From: an uncultured Lentimicrobiaceae bacterium
GTDB taxonomy: Bacteria > Bacteroidota > Bacteroidia > Bacteroidales > F082
Direction: 5' to 3'
DNA: 64,000 nucleotides
Assembly: GCA_964592175.1 (NCBI GenBank)
Contig: CAZQBU010000004.1
Coordinates: 21,412 to 85,411, forward strand
Each line of letters begins with the position of its first letter. Position 1 is the stretch's first letter. This document shows positions 9,318 through 18,705 of this stretch, in pieces. The notes under the pieces were generated by a model. That model did not search any database, was not told where the DNA came from, and saw nothing but the letters and a program-made list of their open reading frames with translations. Both the position numbers and the translations under genes were made by a program.

Positions 9318-10609
9318 TGAAGGTTTTATTACTGGGCTCGGGAGGGCGTGAACATGCGATGGCTTGGAAGCTTAAACAATCGCGAAAACTGAAGAAATTA
9401 TATATTGCACCCGGTAATGCCGGCACTTCCGCATTAGGCGTAAACCTGCCGATTGATGTTTCCGATTTTCCGCAGCTTCGCGAGGTGGTTATCGAAAAGG
9501 ATATTAATCTTGTTGTTGTAGGTCCTGAGCAGCCACTCGTAGATGGGCTTGCCGATTATTTTTTACAAGATAACTTATTGCGTGAAATTCCTGTCATCGG
9601 TCCGGCTGCCGAAGGAGCTAAGCTGGAAGGGAGTAAAGCATTTGCCAAAGCATTTATGCAACGCCACTCCATTCCCACCGCTCGCTATATGGAGGTGAGC
9701 AGCGAGAGCCTGGAAGAAGGTATTGCCTTTTTGCATGAGCTTGAAGCCCCTTATGTGCTTAAAGCCGATGGGCTGGCTGCCGGAAAAGGGGTGCTTATCA
9801 TTGAAGATAAGGAAGAGGCAGAGCAGGAGCTGAAAAATATGCTGGCAGGAAAGTTTGGAAAAGCGAGCCGCGTGGTGGTTATCGAAGAATATTTGAGTGG
9901 CATCGAGCTGTCATGCTTTGTGATTACCGACGGCAGCTCGTATAAGATGCTGCCTTCAGCAAAAGATTATAAGCGTATCGGTGTAAATGACAGCGGTCCG
10001 AATACCGGAGGGATGGGGGCGGTATCACCCGTTGTTTTTGCCGATAAGGTGTTTATGGAAAAAGTGGAAAACTCCATCATTGTCCCTACCATCGAAGGCT
10101 TACAGAAAGATAATATCCCGTATAAAGGATTTATTTTCTTCGGTATAATGAATGTGGATGGAGCGCCATATGTAATTGAATATAATGTACGTTTGGGCGA
10201 CCCGGAGGCAGAATGTATCTTGCCCCGCATAAAAAGTGATTTTGCTGACTTGTTAGATGCCTGTGCCAATGGCAGTTTAGATCAGTATAATCTCGAAATT
10301 GATGATGCAGCGGCAGTAACAGTAGTTATTGTTTCGGGAGGCTACCCGGGCGACTACGAAAAAGGCGAACCGATAGAAGGCTTGGATAGCCTTTCAAATT
10401 GTTTAACATTCCATTCCGGCACTTCCGTGGACGTAAACAGCGGCGGATATAAAACAAATGGAGGAAGGGTGTTGGCACTGACAGCTTTGGGTTACAGTAT
10501 TGAAGAAGCAAAATGGCTGGCTATGGAAAATGCCGAAAAGATTCAGTTTGAAGGGGCTTATTTCCGAAATGATATTGCAGATGATTTGTTACGTTATCGA
10601 ACTATTTAG
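9314..10609 (+). CDS. purD: Phosphoribosylamine--glycine ligase
   Basis: 431 aa. MKVLLLGSGGREHAMAWKL start, ATP-grasp core and a GGYPG motif. ATGA overlap with the upstream GT4. Confidence 0.95.
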   Translation: MMKVLLLGSGGREHAMAWKLKQSRKLKKLYIAPGNAGTSALGVNLPIDVSDFPQLREVVIEKDINLVVVGPEQPLVDGLADYFLQDNLLREIPVIGPAAEGAKLEGSKAFAKAFMQRHSIPTARYMEVSSESLEEGIAFLHELEAPYVLKADGLAAGKGVLIIEDKEEAEQELKNMLAGKFGKASRVVVIEEYLSGIELSCFVITDGSSYKMLPSAKDYKRIGVNDSGPNTGGMGAVSPVVFADKVFMEKVENSIIVPTIEGLQKDNIPYKGFIFFGIMNVDGAPYVIEYNVRLGDPEAECILPRIKSDFADLLDACANGSLDQYNLEIDDAAAVTVVIVSGGYPGDYEKGEPIEGLDSLSNCLTFHSGTSVDVNSGGYKTNGGRVLALTALGYSIEEAKWLAMENAEKIQFEGAYFRNDIADDLLRYRTI

Positions 10610-10611
10610 CC

Positions 10612-11601
10612 ATGCTGATACGCTTTTTTCGATCGAACTTTATCATTCAACAGCTAATCATCACGATTACGGCGCTGCTGCTGTGGTTTCCTGCCTTTTT
10701 GAAGCCGCTCGCACCTCAGACCTCAGATTCTTGGCAGCCCTTGTATAACTGGCTTGCATCCTGGCTATCATCTTTTCCGCTGCTTTCGGTGATACTTGCG
10801 TTTATCATATTGGTTTTAAGCGCATTTTATTTGAATCTAGTGCTTGCCGAAAATGGTTTTGTCGGAAGGACGGCATCCGCTGCGGCCTTTTTATTTGTGA
10901 TATTAAACAGTCTTTTCCCCACTCAAACCTATTTGAGTAGCTATATTTTGGCATTACCGATATTGGTTTTTACACTTTCGGTGCTGTTTAAAATGTACGA
11001 AGAAGCAGAAAATGAATTCAATTTGTTTAATGCAGCTTTTGGCATTGCCCTGCTAGGTATTTTAGATTTTTATTTGGTCACCTTATTGCTTTGGCTGTAT
11101 GTATCCCTTTTTGTATTACGTATGGTCAGACTAAACGAATGGCTTATCCCTATAATCGGTTTTATCACACCCTTTTTCTTCTTGGCATCCTATTTTTTCA
11201 TGCGAAACAAGCTTGTAAGCCAGGCCTTGCTGTTACAAACACAAATTGATGCCTTTTATTTTCAGCTCCCAGAAATGCCATCGATTTTTACGATTATCGG
11301 ATTGGTTCTAATTGTGCTGATGTTTATACAATCGGTTCAAATTGTTGCCTCTCCTGTTTCGGATCACGGTATTTTTATGCGCAAGAAAAAAGCCATTTTA
11401 AATGCGCTGGTCTTTTTCGGCTTTTTATTTCTTTTCTTCAATGAAGAAGCCTTGCAAAATAGTCAGCTGATGCTTATCCCTGTTACTGCTTATATCGGCT
11501 ACAGCTGGATGTTGTATAAACGCTATCTTATGCCGCAGCTGTATCTCTTGCTGTTGCTTTTATTTGCTTTTGTGAATCAATATGCGGGATTGATTTCATG
11601 A
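10612..11601 (+). CDS. Hypothetical multi-pass membrane protein
   Basis: 329 aa and almost entirely hydrophobic helices, with no recognisable motif. Tightly packed between purD (2-nt gap) and rnhB (4-nt overlap). Confidence 0.45.
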   Translation: MLIRFFRSNFIIQQLIITITALLLWFPAFLKPLAPQTSDSWQPLYNWLASWLSSFPLLSVILAFIILVLSAFYLNLVLAENGFVGRTASAAAFLFVILNSLFPTQTYLSSYILALPILVFTLSVLFKMYEEAENEFNLFNAAFGIALLGILDFYLVTLLLWLYVSLFVLRMVRLNEWLIPIIGFITPFFFLASYFFMRNKLVSQALLLQTQIDAFYFQLPEMPSIFTIIGLVLIVLMFIQSVQIVASPVSDHGIFMRKKKAILNALVFFGFLFLFFNEEALQNSQLMLIPVTAYIGYSWMLYKRYLMPQLYLLLLLLFAFVNQYAGLIS

Positions 11602-12200
11602 GTCAGCTTTTGGCATATTTTCAATCTGAACTACTCGAAGCCGGCTTGGATGAGGCCGGTAGGGGATGCCTTGCAGGTCCTGTGGTAGCTGCTGCGGTAA
11701 TCCTTCCGCATGATTTTGACCATCCTCGCCTGAACGACTCCAAAAAGCTGAGCGCCCTACATCGCTTGGAACTTCGTGAAGAAATCATTGCGCATGCAAT
11801 CAGCTATGGGATTGGATATGCAAGCGTGGATGAAATTGATGATATCAATATATTAAATGCTTCTTTCCTAGCCATGCATCGTGCTTTGGAGCAGCTGCAA
11901 CAAAAGCCGGAGCTGCTGCTAGTGGATGGGAACCGCTTTCGAAATCAAACCGAAATACCGTATCAATGTATTGTGGGCGGTGATGCAAAATATCGTAGCA
12001 TAGCAGCTGCCTCCATATTGGCAAAAGTGGCACGCGATACACTGATGGAACAGCTTGATGAAGAGTTTCCGCACTACAATTGGAAGCAAAATAAAGGCTA
12101 TCCCACCAAAGCACATAAACAAGCTATTGCAGCCCACGGCAGATGCATACATCACAGGAGAAGCTTTAATGTAGGCGAACAATTGCGCATCCAAATCTGA
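11598..12200 (+). CDS. rnhB: Ribonuclease HII
   Basis: 200 aa. [15 protein letters not shown] catalytic DEAGRG motif, DSKKLS, and a LLVDGN block. Confidence 0.9.
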   Translation: MSQLLAYFQSELLEAGLDEAGRGCLAGPVVAAAVILPHDFDHPRLNDSKKLSALHRLELREEIIAHAISYGIGYASVDEIDDINILNASFLAMHRALEQLQQKPELLLVDGNRFRNQTEIPYQCIVGGDAKYRSIAAASILAKVARDTLMEQLDEEFPHYNWKQNKGYPTKAHKQAIAAHGRCIHHRRSFNVGEQLRIQI

Positions 12201-12322
12201 TGAAGTTTGCTGTCGCAGCTTGTTTTTATAGTATGATTTCTTTGTGCTTTAATCTGATAAAATAAATTTATCAAAATCCGTAAAATTTTTTTGCAAAATG
12301 TATTGGTGTGAATGTAAAACTG

Positions 12323-12330
12323 TAAATTTG
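12323..12330 (+). promoter_or_regulatory. Possible Bacteroidota -7 promoter box (TAAATTTG, consensus TAnnTTTG)
   Basis: Exact match to TAnnTTTG, 44 nt upstream of the ATG at 12374. The -33 TTTG partner is not convincing. Confidence 0.25.
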
Positions 12331-12373
12331 TAGCACAAATAAAACCTAGTAGAACATTTAAAATCACCAAATT

Positions 12374-12883
12374 ATGAACAAACAGTTAATGAAAATGATT
12401 TCGCTTTTGTTAGCGACTTCAGTTTTACTGGCAAGTTGTGGCAGCACAACCATGATTCACTCTGATCCAAGTGGTGCAAAACTTTATCTTAATGGTGAGC
12501 CGGTAGGAACCACGCCATACTCTCACCGTGATACCAAAATAGTTGGAAGCACGACGATGGTAAAACTGGAAAAGGAAGGATACGAACCTTTAAACACCTC
12601 ATTTTCAAGAGATGAGGAAGTTGATGTAGGTGCAATTATTGGTGGGCTTTTTGTTTTAGTTCCATTTTTGTGGACCATGAAATATAAGCCGACACATACC
12701 TATGAGCTGATACCAAGTTCGAATTACGAACACTTACAAATTGAAACAGATTTACAGCAAACCGAATTCAGATCAAAAGCTGAAAGGCTGCGAGAACTAA
12801 AACAGCTTCTTGATGAAAATATCCTCACACAAGAAGAGTATGAAAAAGAAAAGGCAAAAATCTTGCAAGAAGACGAGAATTAA
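12374..12883 (+). CDS. Lipoprotein with PEGA domain and C-terminal SHOCT domain
   Basis: Lipobox LLASCGS. SDPSGAKLYLNGEPVGTTPY is a PEGA motif. There is an internal TM, and the C-terminal RLRELKQLLDENILTQEEYEKEKAKIL is a SHOCT-type motif. Confidence 0.6.
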   Translation: MNKQLMKMISLLLATSVLLASCGSTTMIHSDPSGAKLYLNGEPVGTTPYSHRDTKIVGSTTMVKLEKEGYEPLNTSFSRDEEVDVGAIIGGLFVLVPFLWTMKYKPTHTYELIPSSNYEHLQIETDLQQTEFRSKAERLRELKQLLDENILTQEEYEKEKAKILQEDEN

Positions 12884-12929
12884 ATCTTGATGAAACAAAA
12901 AAACAAAAATTAAAGGGGGTTTAAGTTAT

Positions 12930-12967
12930 CAGGGGTTTAAAATCCAATGTTTAAACCTCTGTTTTTT
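12930..12967 (+). terminator. Rho-independent terminator
   Basis: Stem AGGGGTTTAAA / TTTAAACCTCT with one mismatch and an 8-nt loop, followed by GTTTTTTT. Confidence 0.5.
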
Positions 12968-13102
12968 TATCCTCCCATAAAACCAAAATTACTTACATAT
13001 TTTGAACCTAATATTGTGGAAAATTGGATATTAGGTACAAAGAAAAATGTTAAAAATATCACAAATTAAAAATTTCATGATTATTTTAAATAGCTTTGTA
13101 TT

Positions 13103-14239
13103 GTGAGTACAAGAATTGAAAATATAAACAAAGATATTATTGAATGGGCTATCATCAGAAATGGTTTTAGCTTAGAGGAGTTTTATGCCCAAAATCCAAC
13201 TGTTGAGAGTTGGATTAAAGGAGAGAAATTTCCAACAATAAAGCAATTAGAAAGTTTTACTCACAAAGTTCACGTACCTTTTGGATATATGTTTCTTCCA
13301 GCCCCACCTGAAGAAAATATTTCTTTGCCATTTTTTAGAACTGCTCAGAAAAAAAGTACAAATAAGGTAAGTTTAAATGTATATCATACTATTCAAATGA
13401 TTCAGGATCGACAAAATTGGTTGACTGAATATTTAGATGAATTAGATTTTCCTGATTTGGAATTTGTAGGAAGATTTTCTGAAAGAGATAGTTATAAAGA
13501 AATAGTTGCTGATATAAGAAAAACATTGCAGATTGATTTAGATTGGGCATCCAAGTTTAGTAATTGGGAACAAACTTTAGATCATTTAACGGATAAAATT
13601 GAAGAAGCAGGAATTATTGTGACTTTCAATGGTGTTGTCGGTACTAATCCGCATAGAGTTATTGATGTAAATGAGTGTCGGGGGTTTGTGTTAGTGAATA
13701 ATAAAGCACCTTTTTTGTTTATTAATTCCAGTGATGCAAAAGCTGCTCAAATGTTCACTTTAATACATGAATTAGCACATGTTTGGTTAGGAGAAAGTGC
13801 TGGTTTTGATAATGAAAATATGCTTCCGGCATCCAATCCAATAGAAATAATATGCGACAAAGTTGCAGCGGAGTTTTTAGTTCCTGAGACTTATCTACTC
13901 CAAAGATGGCAAATGAATAAAGATTTTAAAGCCTTAAGTAGAATTTTTAAAGTTAGCCAAATTGTTATTGCCAGAAGAGCCTTGGACTTAGAGCTTATTA
14001 ATTTGACTGAATTTCAGTCTTTTTATAATAAATATATGCTTGACTTCAAGCAAAGACAGAGTAATCAAGCTTCCGGTGGAAACTTTTATGCTACGATGAA
14101 AAAAAGAACAAGTCTAAGATTTGCAGCTTTTGTGGACAATGCCGTGAAAGAAAACAAACTTTTATATAGGGATGCATATAAACTGACCAATATGAAAGCG
14201 TCAACTTATAATAAATTCATTCTAAAGCATTTGTACTAA
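13103..14239 (+). CDS. ImmA/IrrE-family zinc metallopeptidase with N-terminal HTH-like region
   Basis: 378 aa with a GTG start. HEXXH motif LIHELAHVWLGES (His222 codon at 13766), followed by AAEFLVP, a block typical of the DUF955/ImmA fold. The gene is visibly AT-rich. Confidence 0.8.
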   Translation: MSTRIENINKDIIEWAIIRNGFSLEEFYAQNPTVESWIKGEKFPTIKQLESFTHKVHVPFGYMFLPAPPEENISLPFFRTAQKKSTNKVSLNVYHTIQMIQDRQNWLTEYLDELDFPDLEFVGRFSERDSYKEIVADIRKTLQIDLDWASKFSNWEQTLDHLTDKIEEAGIIVTFNGVVGTNPHRVIDVNECRGFVLVNNKAPFLFINSSDAKAAQMFTLIHELAHVWLGESAGFDNENMLPASNPIEIICDKVAAEFLVPETYLLQRWQMNKDFKALSRIFKVSQIVIARRALDLELINLTEFQSFYNKYMLDFKQRQSNQASGGNFYATMKKRTSLRFAAFVDNAVKENKLLYRDAYKLTNMKASTYNKFILKHLY

Positions 14240-14736
14240 TGAGTAAGTTCTTGTTAGATAGTAATGTTTTTATTCAAGCCTACCGAATGCATTATCCTTT
14301 TGATGTGGTTCCTGGTTTTTGGAATAAATTGCTGGAATTATCTAAGCGCGATATAATTTTGAGTATTGATAAAGTAAAGAAAGAAATTTGTTATAGTGAA
14401 AAACAGGACGACTTAGCCTTATGGTGCATTAATTCAGTTGACAAAGAGTTTTTTGTTGACACTTCTTCATGTATTGACGAATATGCTGAACTTGCTAATT
14501 GGATAAATTCAAATAAACATTATACGCAAACTGCAAAAGCGGAATTTTTGAAAACAGATTTAGCTGACCCTTGGTTAATTGCCTACGTTAAAAAACACGA
14601 TTATATAATTGTAACTTACGAGCTTAGTCAACCAGGCAGGAAAAATATCATCAAAATTCCGGAACCTTGTCTTCATTTTGGTATCAAAAACCTATCACCT
14701 ATACAAATGTTTAGACAATTAGGCGAAACATTTTGA
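14239..14736 (+). CDS. DUF4411-family PIN-like nuclease
   Basis: 165 aa. The N-terminal KFLLDSNVFIQAYRMHYPFDVVPGFW matches the DUF4411 consensus as I remember it, with a PIN-like acidic Asp. The start overlaps the ImmA stop (TAATG). Confidence 0.7.
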   Translation: MSKFLLDSNVFIQAYRMHYPFDVVPGFWNKLLELSKRDIILSIDKVKKEICYSEKQDDLALWCINSVDKEFFVDTSSCIDEYAELANWINSNKHYTQTAKAEFLKTDLADPWLIAYVKKHDYIIVTYELSQPGRKNIIKIPEPCLHFGIKNLSPIQMFRQLGETF

Positions 14737-14888
14737 AATCACTGCAATACTCCTGATTCCTTTTATTTCATAAAATAGATCAAACAAAAAAAACAGCCCG
14801 GCATCTCCACCAAAACACATTTTGACCACAGCCATAATGAAACTTTCTTTATTTTTACAGAAACTTATACTGTGCAAAGTGTTTTCAG

Positions 14889-17800
14889 ATGATTTTAAAA
14901 CTTTTAAAGCCGAGAAAGGCATTAAATAAAGCCTTTTTAAAACTAAAACCTGTACGAAGCGATATCGAGCGCTTCAAAGCAAACCTGATTAACTTATTAG
15001 ACAAAATCAATGATGCCGAAAGCGAAGAATATCATAAAAACTTGCTTTCCGACTTCTTGAAAAACACTTATTACGAGCCGGCACATTTTATCAATACCAA
15101 AGGGCGTAACGATTTGGTGATTCATAACGGGAAAAGCCCTGCCAGTACCGTAGCTGTAATCCTAGAAACCAAAAAGCCTACCAATAAATCCGAGATGATT
15201 AGTGCTACCAAGCTGAATGTGAAAGCATTTCATGAGTTGGTGCTCTATTATATGCGCGAGCGAATTCAGTTGAAAAACTTGGAGATACGGCATTTAGTCG
15301 CAAGCAATATTTATGAATGGTATGTATTTGATGCCATTGATTTTGACCGTTTATTTGCACAAAATAAATCCTTTGTACAACAGTTTACCGATTTTGAAAA
15401 TGGCAGATTGGCGGATACGACCACCGATTTCTTTTATAATCAAATTGCAGCCCCTTTTATTGATTCAATAGGTTCAGAAATATTATGTACTCGATTTTAT
15501 CTGTCTGATTATCAGGAATTATTACATGCAACAGACAGAGAAGGCGATAAAAAACTGATTGCATTGTATAAGTTGTTATCTCCCGAGCATTTGCTGAAGC
15601 TTCCTTTCGTGAATGACAGCAATACCTTGGATAAACGCTTTTATGATGAGCTGCTTCATATCATCGGACTTACCGAAACCAAAGATGGCGGAAAGAAAGT
15701 CATTGGTCGCAACGCCGAAGCGAAACGAAATCCGGGCTCATTATTGGAAAATGCCATTGCACAATTGGACAGCCTTGATAAAATCAGTCGCTTGGAAAAG
15801 CCTGCTCGATATGGCGATAATTTACAAGAACGCTTTTTTAATGTGGCGCTTGAGCTTTGCATCAGCTGGATGAACCGTATTTTGTTTTTGAAACTATTGG
15901 AAGCGCAGCTGCTAAGCTATCATAATGGAGATACATCGTATGGCTTTTTAAATAGCGATAAAATTCAAAATTATGACGATTTAAACAGCTTGTTTTTTCA
16001 AGTGCTGGCACGTAAATACGAAGATAGGGACACCGAAGTATTGAAACAATTTGGCAAAGTTCCTTATTTAAACAGCTCTTTGTTTGAGCCTAGTGAATTA
16101 GAACATGACACCCTGTTTATCAGTAATCTACGTGATGAGCGTCAGCTGCCAATTTATGGCTCTACCGTTTTAAAAGACAGCTTGGGACGTAAAAAGACAG
16201 GTAGCTTAGCGGCTTTGGAATATCTTTTTGAGTTTTTGGATGCCTACGACTTCAGCAGCGAAGGCTCGGAAGATATTCAGGAAGAAAATAAAACCCTGAT
16301 TAACGCATCGGTGCTGGGACTTATTTTTGAAAAAATAAACGGCTACAAAGACGGCTCTTTCTTCACGCCCGGATTTATCACCATGTATATGTGCCGCGAA
16401 ACCATCCGTCGTGCCGTAGTACAGAAATTTAACGAAACCAAAGGCTGGAACTGTAGCGGATTGGATGAAATTTACGATAAAATAGAAGACCGTGATGAAG
16501 CAAACCGGATTGTAAACAGCATTAAAATTGTGGATCCTGCAGTAGGCTCCGGGCATTTCTTGGTTTCGGCACTAAATGAGATTATTGCTACAAAAAGCGA
16601 TTTAAAAATCTTGCAAGACCGCAATGGCAGGCGGCTTAAGGAGTATCATGTGGAAGTGGTAAACGATGAGCTGATTGTTACCGATGAAGACGCTGAATTG
16701 TTTGAATACAATCCTGCCAGCCCCGAAAGCCGGCGCGTGCAGGAAGCCCTTTTTCATGAAAAGCAAAGCATCATTGAAAACTGCTTATTTGGCGTGGATA
16801 TCAATAACAATTCGGTGAAAATATGCCGTTTGAGACTATGGATTGAATTATTGAAAAACGCATATTACAAGCCGGAAACCTTGTTAAACGGCAGTCTTCC
16901 TCAGTTGGAAACCTTGCCAAATATTGATATTAATATCAAGCAGGGTAATTCTTTGGTAAGCCGCTTCGCCTTGGATGCCGATTTGCGCCAAGCCTTGAAA
17001 AAGAGCAAGTGGAGCATTGAAAGCTATCGCTTGGCAGTGTCAAGCTACCGCAATGCGCGTAACAGGGAAGAAAAACGCGATATGGCAAGGCTGATACAAG
17101 CGATAAAAACCGACTTCCGCAGCGAAATTACCGAGAACGACCCTAAAGCAAAACGGCTGTATAAGTTACGTGGCGAACTGGTGAATCTGACCACACAACC
17201 TGAGCTTTTTGACCTGAATAAAAAAGAATTAGAACGCTGGAACAAGCAAGTTGAGGACCTTAGTTCCGATATACAAAAGCTGGAAGATGAAATTGAAGAA
17301 ATAAAAAGCAATAAAATTTACGAAAACGCTTTTGAATGGCGTTTTGAATTCCCCGAAGTGCTGAATGACGAAGGAGAATTTGTAGGCTTTGATGTGGTGA
17401 TTGGGAATCCTCCGTATATCAGGCAGGAGGAAATAAAAGAATTTAAGCCGTTTTTTAAATCTCACTATAAGCTTTATACGGGTACATCAGATATTTACAT
17501 TTTCTTTATAGAGAAAGGTTTTGAGATACTCAAACATCAAGGTTTGTTTACTTATATTATGCCTAATAAATTTATGCAGACTGGATACGGTAAACCGGCA
17601 AGAAAATATCTGTTAGAACAAAATTTAAAAGAGATTATTGATTTTGGCGATTTTCAGGTATTTGAAGAGGCAACTACTTATCCATTAATTCTAATGGCAG
17701 AAAAGAACAGTCCGGAAAGCGATTTTAAAACAGTGAAGATTAATTCGCCCGACTTTTCAATAGATTTTCCGCTTTATGTTGAAGAAAATAGCAATATCAT

Positions 17801-18665
17801 TGAGCACAAGTCCCTAAATGATGAAACTTGGATAATATCAAATGCAGCGGAGCAATCAATCTTAAATAAAATAGCATTCAAGTCTGAAAAATTGGAAGAT
17901 TATATCCATAATATAGCCAAATATGGAATTAAAACAGGATTAACAGAAGCATTTGTTATTGATTCAGTGCATGCTGAAGAGATATTGGCGACTCACAATA
18001 ATTATGAAAACCATCTATATCCCTTTTTACTCGGTAGAGAAGCTAAACCATATGTTGTAGAAGAACCATCAAAATATTTAATCAAGTTTGAAAAGGGATT
18101 TACTAATAGCGTGTTTTCAGGTAATCCGGAAAACTGGTTTATGAGTGAGTTTGAAGAGATATATAAACACTTGATTCAATTTAAAGATAGAGCAATTAAA
18201 AGAACAGATAAGGGTGATTATTATTGGGAGCTGAGAGCTTGTGATTATTATGATTTGTTTGATAAACCAAAAATAATGTATCAAAGATTCCAAGTAAAAC
18301 CATGTTTTATTTTTGATGAATCCGGCTTGTATTGTAATGATTCTATGTGGATAATCCCTTCTGATGATATGGTCTTACTTGGTATATTAAACTCAAAAAT
18401 GGGTTGGTGGTTAATTTCAAAATACTGCACAGCTATTCAAAATGGGTATCAATTGATTTGGAAATATTTTAGTCAAATTCCTATCGCTATAGGAAACGAG
18501 CCAATAAGGAATGAAATAAAATCACGTGTAAATTCAATCATCGATCTCAAAAAAGAAGATTCAACTGCCGACATTATTACTCTTGAAGCAGAAATCGACC
18601 AATTGGTTTATGAACTTTATGGTTTAAATGAAGAGGAAATCGCAATAGTAGAAAACGCAATATAA
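14889..18665 (+). CDS. Type IIG restriction-modification enzyme (PD-ExK nuclease + gamma-class N6-adenine methyltransferase + target-recognition region, Eco57I-like)
   Basis: 1258 aa. Nuclease motif D75 ... E93-T-K95 (NDLVIH...VILETKKP, 15111-15173). AdoMet motif VDPAVGSGHF (16530-16559). Catalytic motif VIGNPPYIRQEE (NPPY at 17406-17417). The C-terminal third resembles a TaqI-like specificity domain. Confidence 0.85.
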   Translation: MILKLLKPRKALNKAFLKLKPVRSDIERFKANLINLLDKINDAESEEYHKNLLSDFLKNTYYEPAHFINTKGRNDLVIHNGKSPASTVAVILETKKPTNKSEMISATKLNVKAFHELVLYYMRERIQLKNLEIRHLVASNIYEWYVFDAIDFDRLFAQNKSFVQQFTDFENGRLADTTTDFFYNQIAAPFIDSIGSEILCTRFYLSDYQELLHATDREGDKKLIALYKLLSPEHLLKLPFVNDSNTLDKRFYDELLHIIGLTETKDGGKKVIGRNAEAKRNPGSLLENAIAQLDSLDKISRLEKPARYGDNLQERFFNVALELCISWMNRILFLKLLEAQLLSYHNGDTSYGFLNSDKIQNYDDLNSLFFQVLARKYEDRDTEVLKQFGKVPYLNSSLFEPSELEHDTLFISNLRDERQLPIYGSTVLKDSLGRKKTGSLAALEYLFEFLDAYDFSSEGSEDIQEENKTLINASVLGLIFEKINGYKDGSFFTPGFITMYMCRETIRRAVVQKFNETKGWNCSGLDEIYDKIEDRDEANRIVNSIKIVDPAVGSGHFLVSALNEIIATKSDLKILQDRNGRRLKEYHVEVVNDELIVTDEDAELFEYNPASPESRRVQEALFHEKQSIIENCLFGVDINNNSVKICRLRLWIELLKNAYYKPETLLNGSLPQLETLPNIDINIKQGNSLVSRFALDADLRQALKKSKWSIESYRLAVSSYRNARNREEKRDMARLIQAIKTDFRSEITENDPKAKRLYKLRGELVNLTTQPELFDLNKKELERWNKQVEDLSSDIQKLEDEIEEIKSNKIYENAFEWRFEFPEVLNDEGEFVGFDVVIGNPPYIRQEEIKEFKPFFKSHYKLYTGTSDIYIFFIEKGFEILKHQGLFTYIMPNKFMQTGYGKPARKYLLEQNLKEIIDFGDFQVFEEATTYPLILMAEKNSPESDFKTVKINSPDFSIDFPLYVEENSNIIEHKSLNDETWIISNAAEQSILNKIAFKSEKLEDYIHNIAKYGIKTGLTEAFVIDSVHAEEILATHNNYENHLYPFLLGREAKPYVVEEPSKYLIKFEKGFTNSVFSGNPENWFMSEFEEIYKHLIQFKDRAIKRTDKGDYYWELRACDYYDLFDKPKIMYQRFQVKPCFIFDESGLYCNDSMWIIPSDDMVLLGILNSKMGWWLISKYCTAIQNGYQLIWKYFSQIPIAIGNEPIRNEIKSRVNSIIDLKKEDSTADIITLEAEIDQLVYELYGLNEEEIAIVENAI

Positions 18666-18705
18666 GCCCTATACAATTGCGTATGAATAACTTAGTGCAT
18701 CTTTA

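Noticed and set aside
13103-14736. ImmA-type protease as a sign of a prophage or ICE immunity region
   Set aside because: There is no integrase, excisionase, repressor partner, or structural or conjugation gene anywhere nearby. The neighbours are a PIN-like nuclease and an R-M enzyme, so a defence islet is more likely than a prophage.
14719-14922. 67-aa minus-strand ORF in the DUF4411 / Type IIG spacer, considered as a possible small antitoxin or controller protein
   Set aside because: It overlaps both flanking gene ends, has no HTH or other motif, and its composition looks like a random ORF. I cannot support it as coding.
14889-18665. Possibility that the large methyltransferase is a BREX PglX
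   Set aside because: No brxA/B/C, pglZ or brxL genes are adjacent, and the protein carries its own N-terminal PD-ExK nuclease motif. A stand-alone Type IIG enzyme explains it better.
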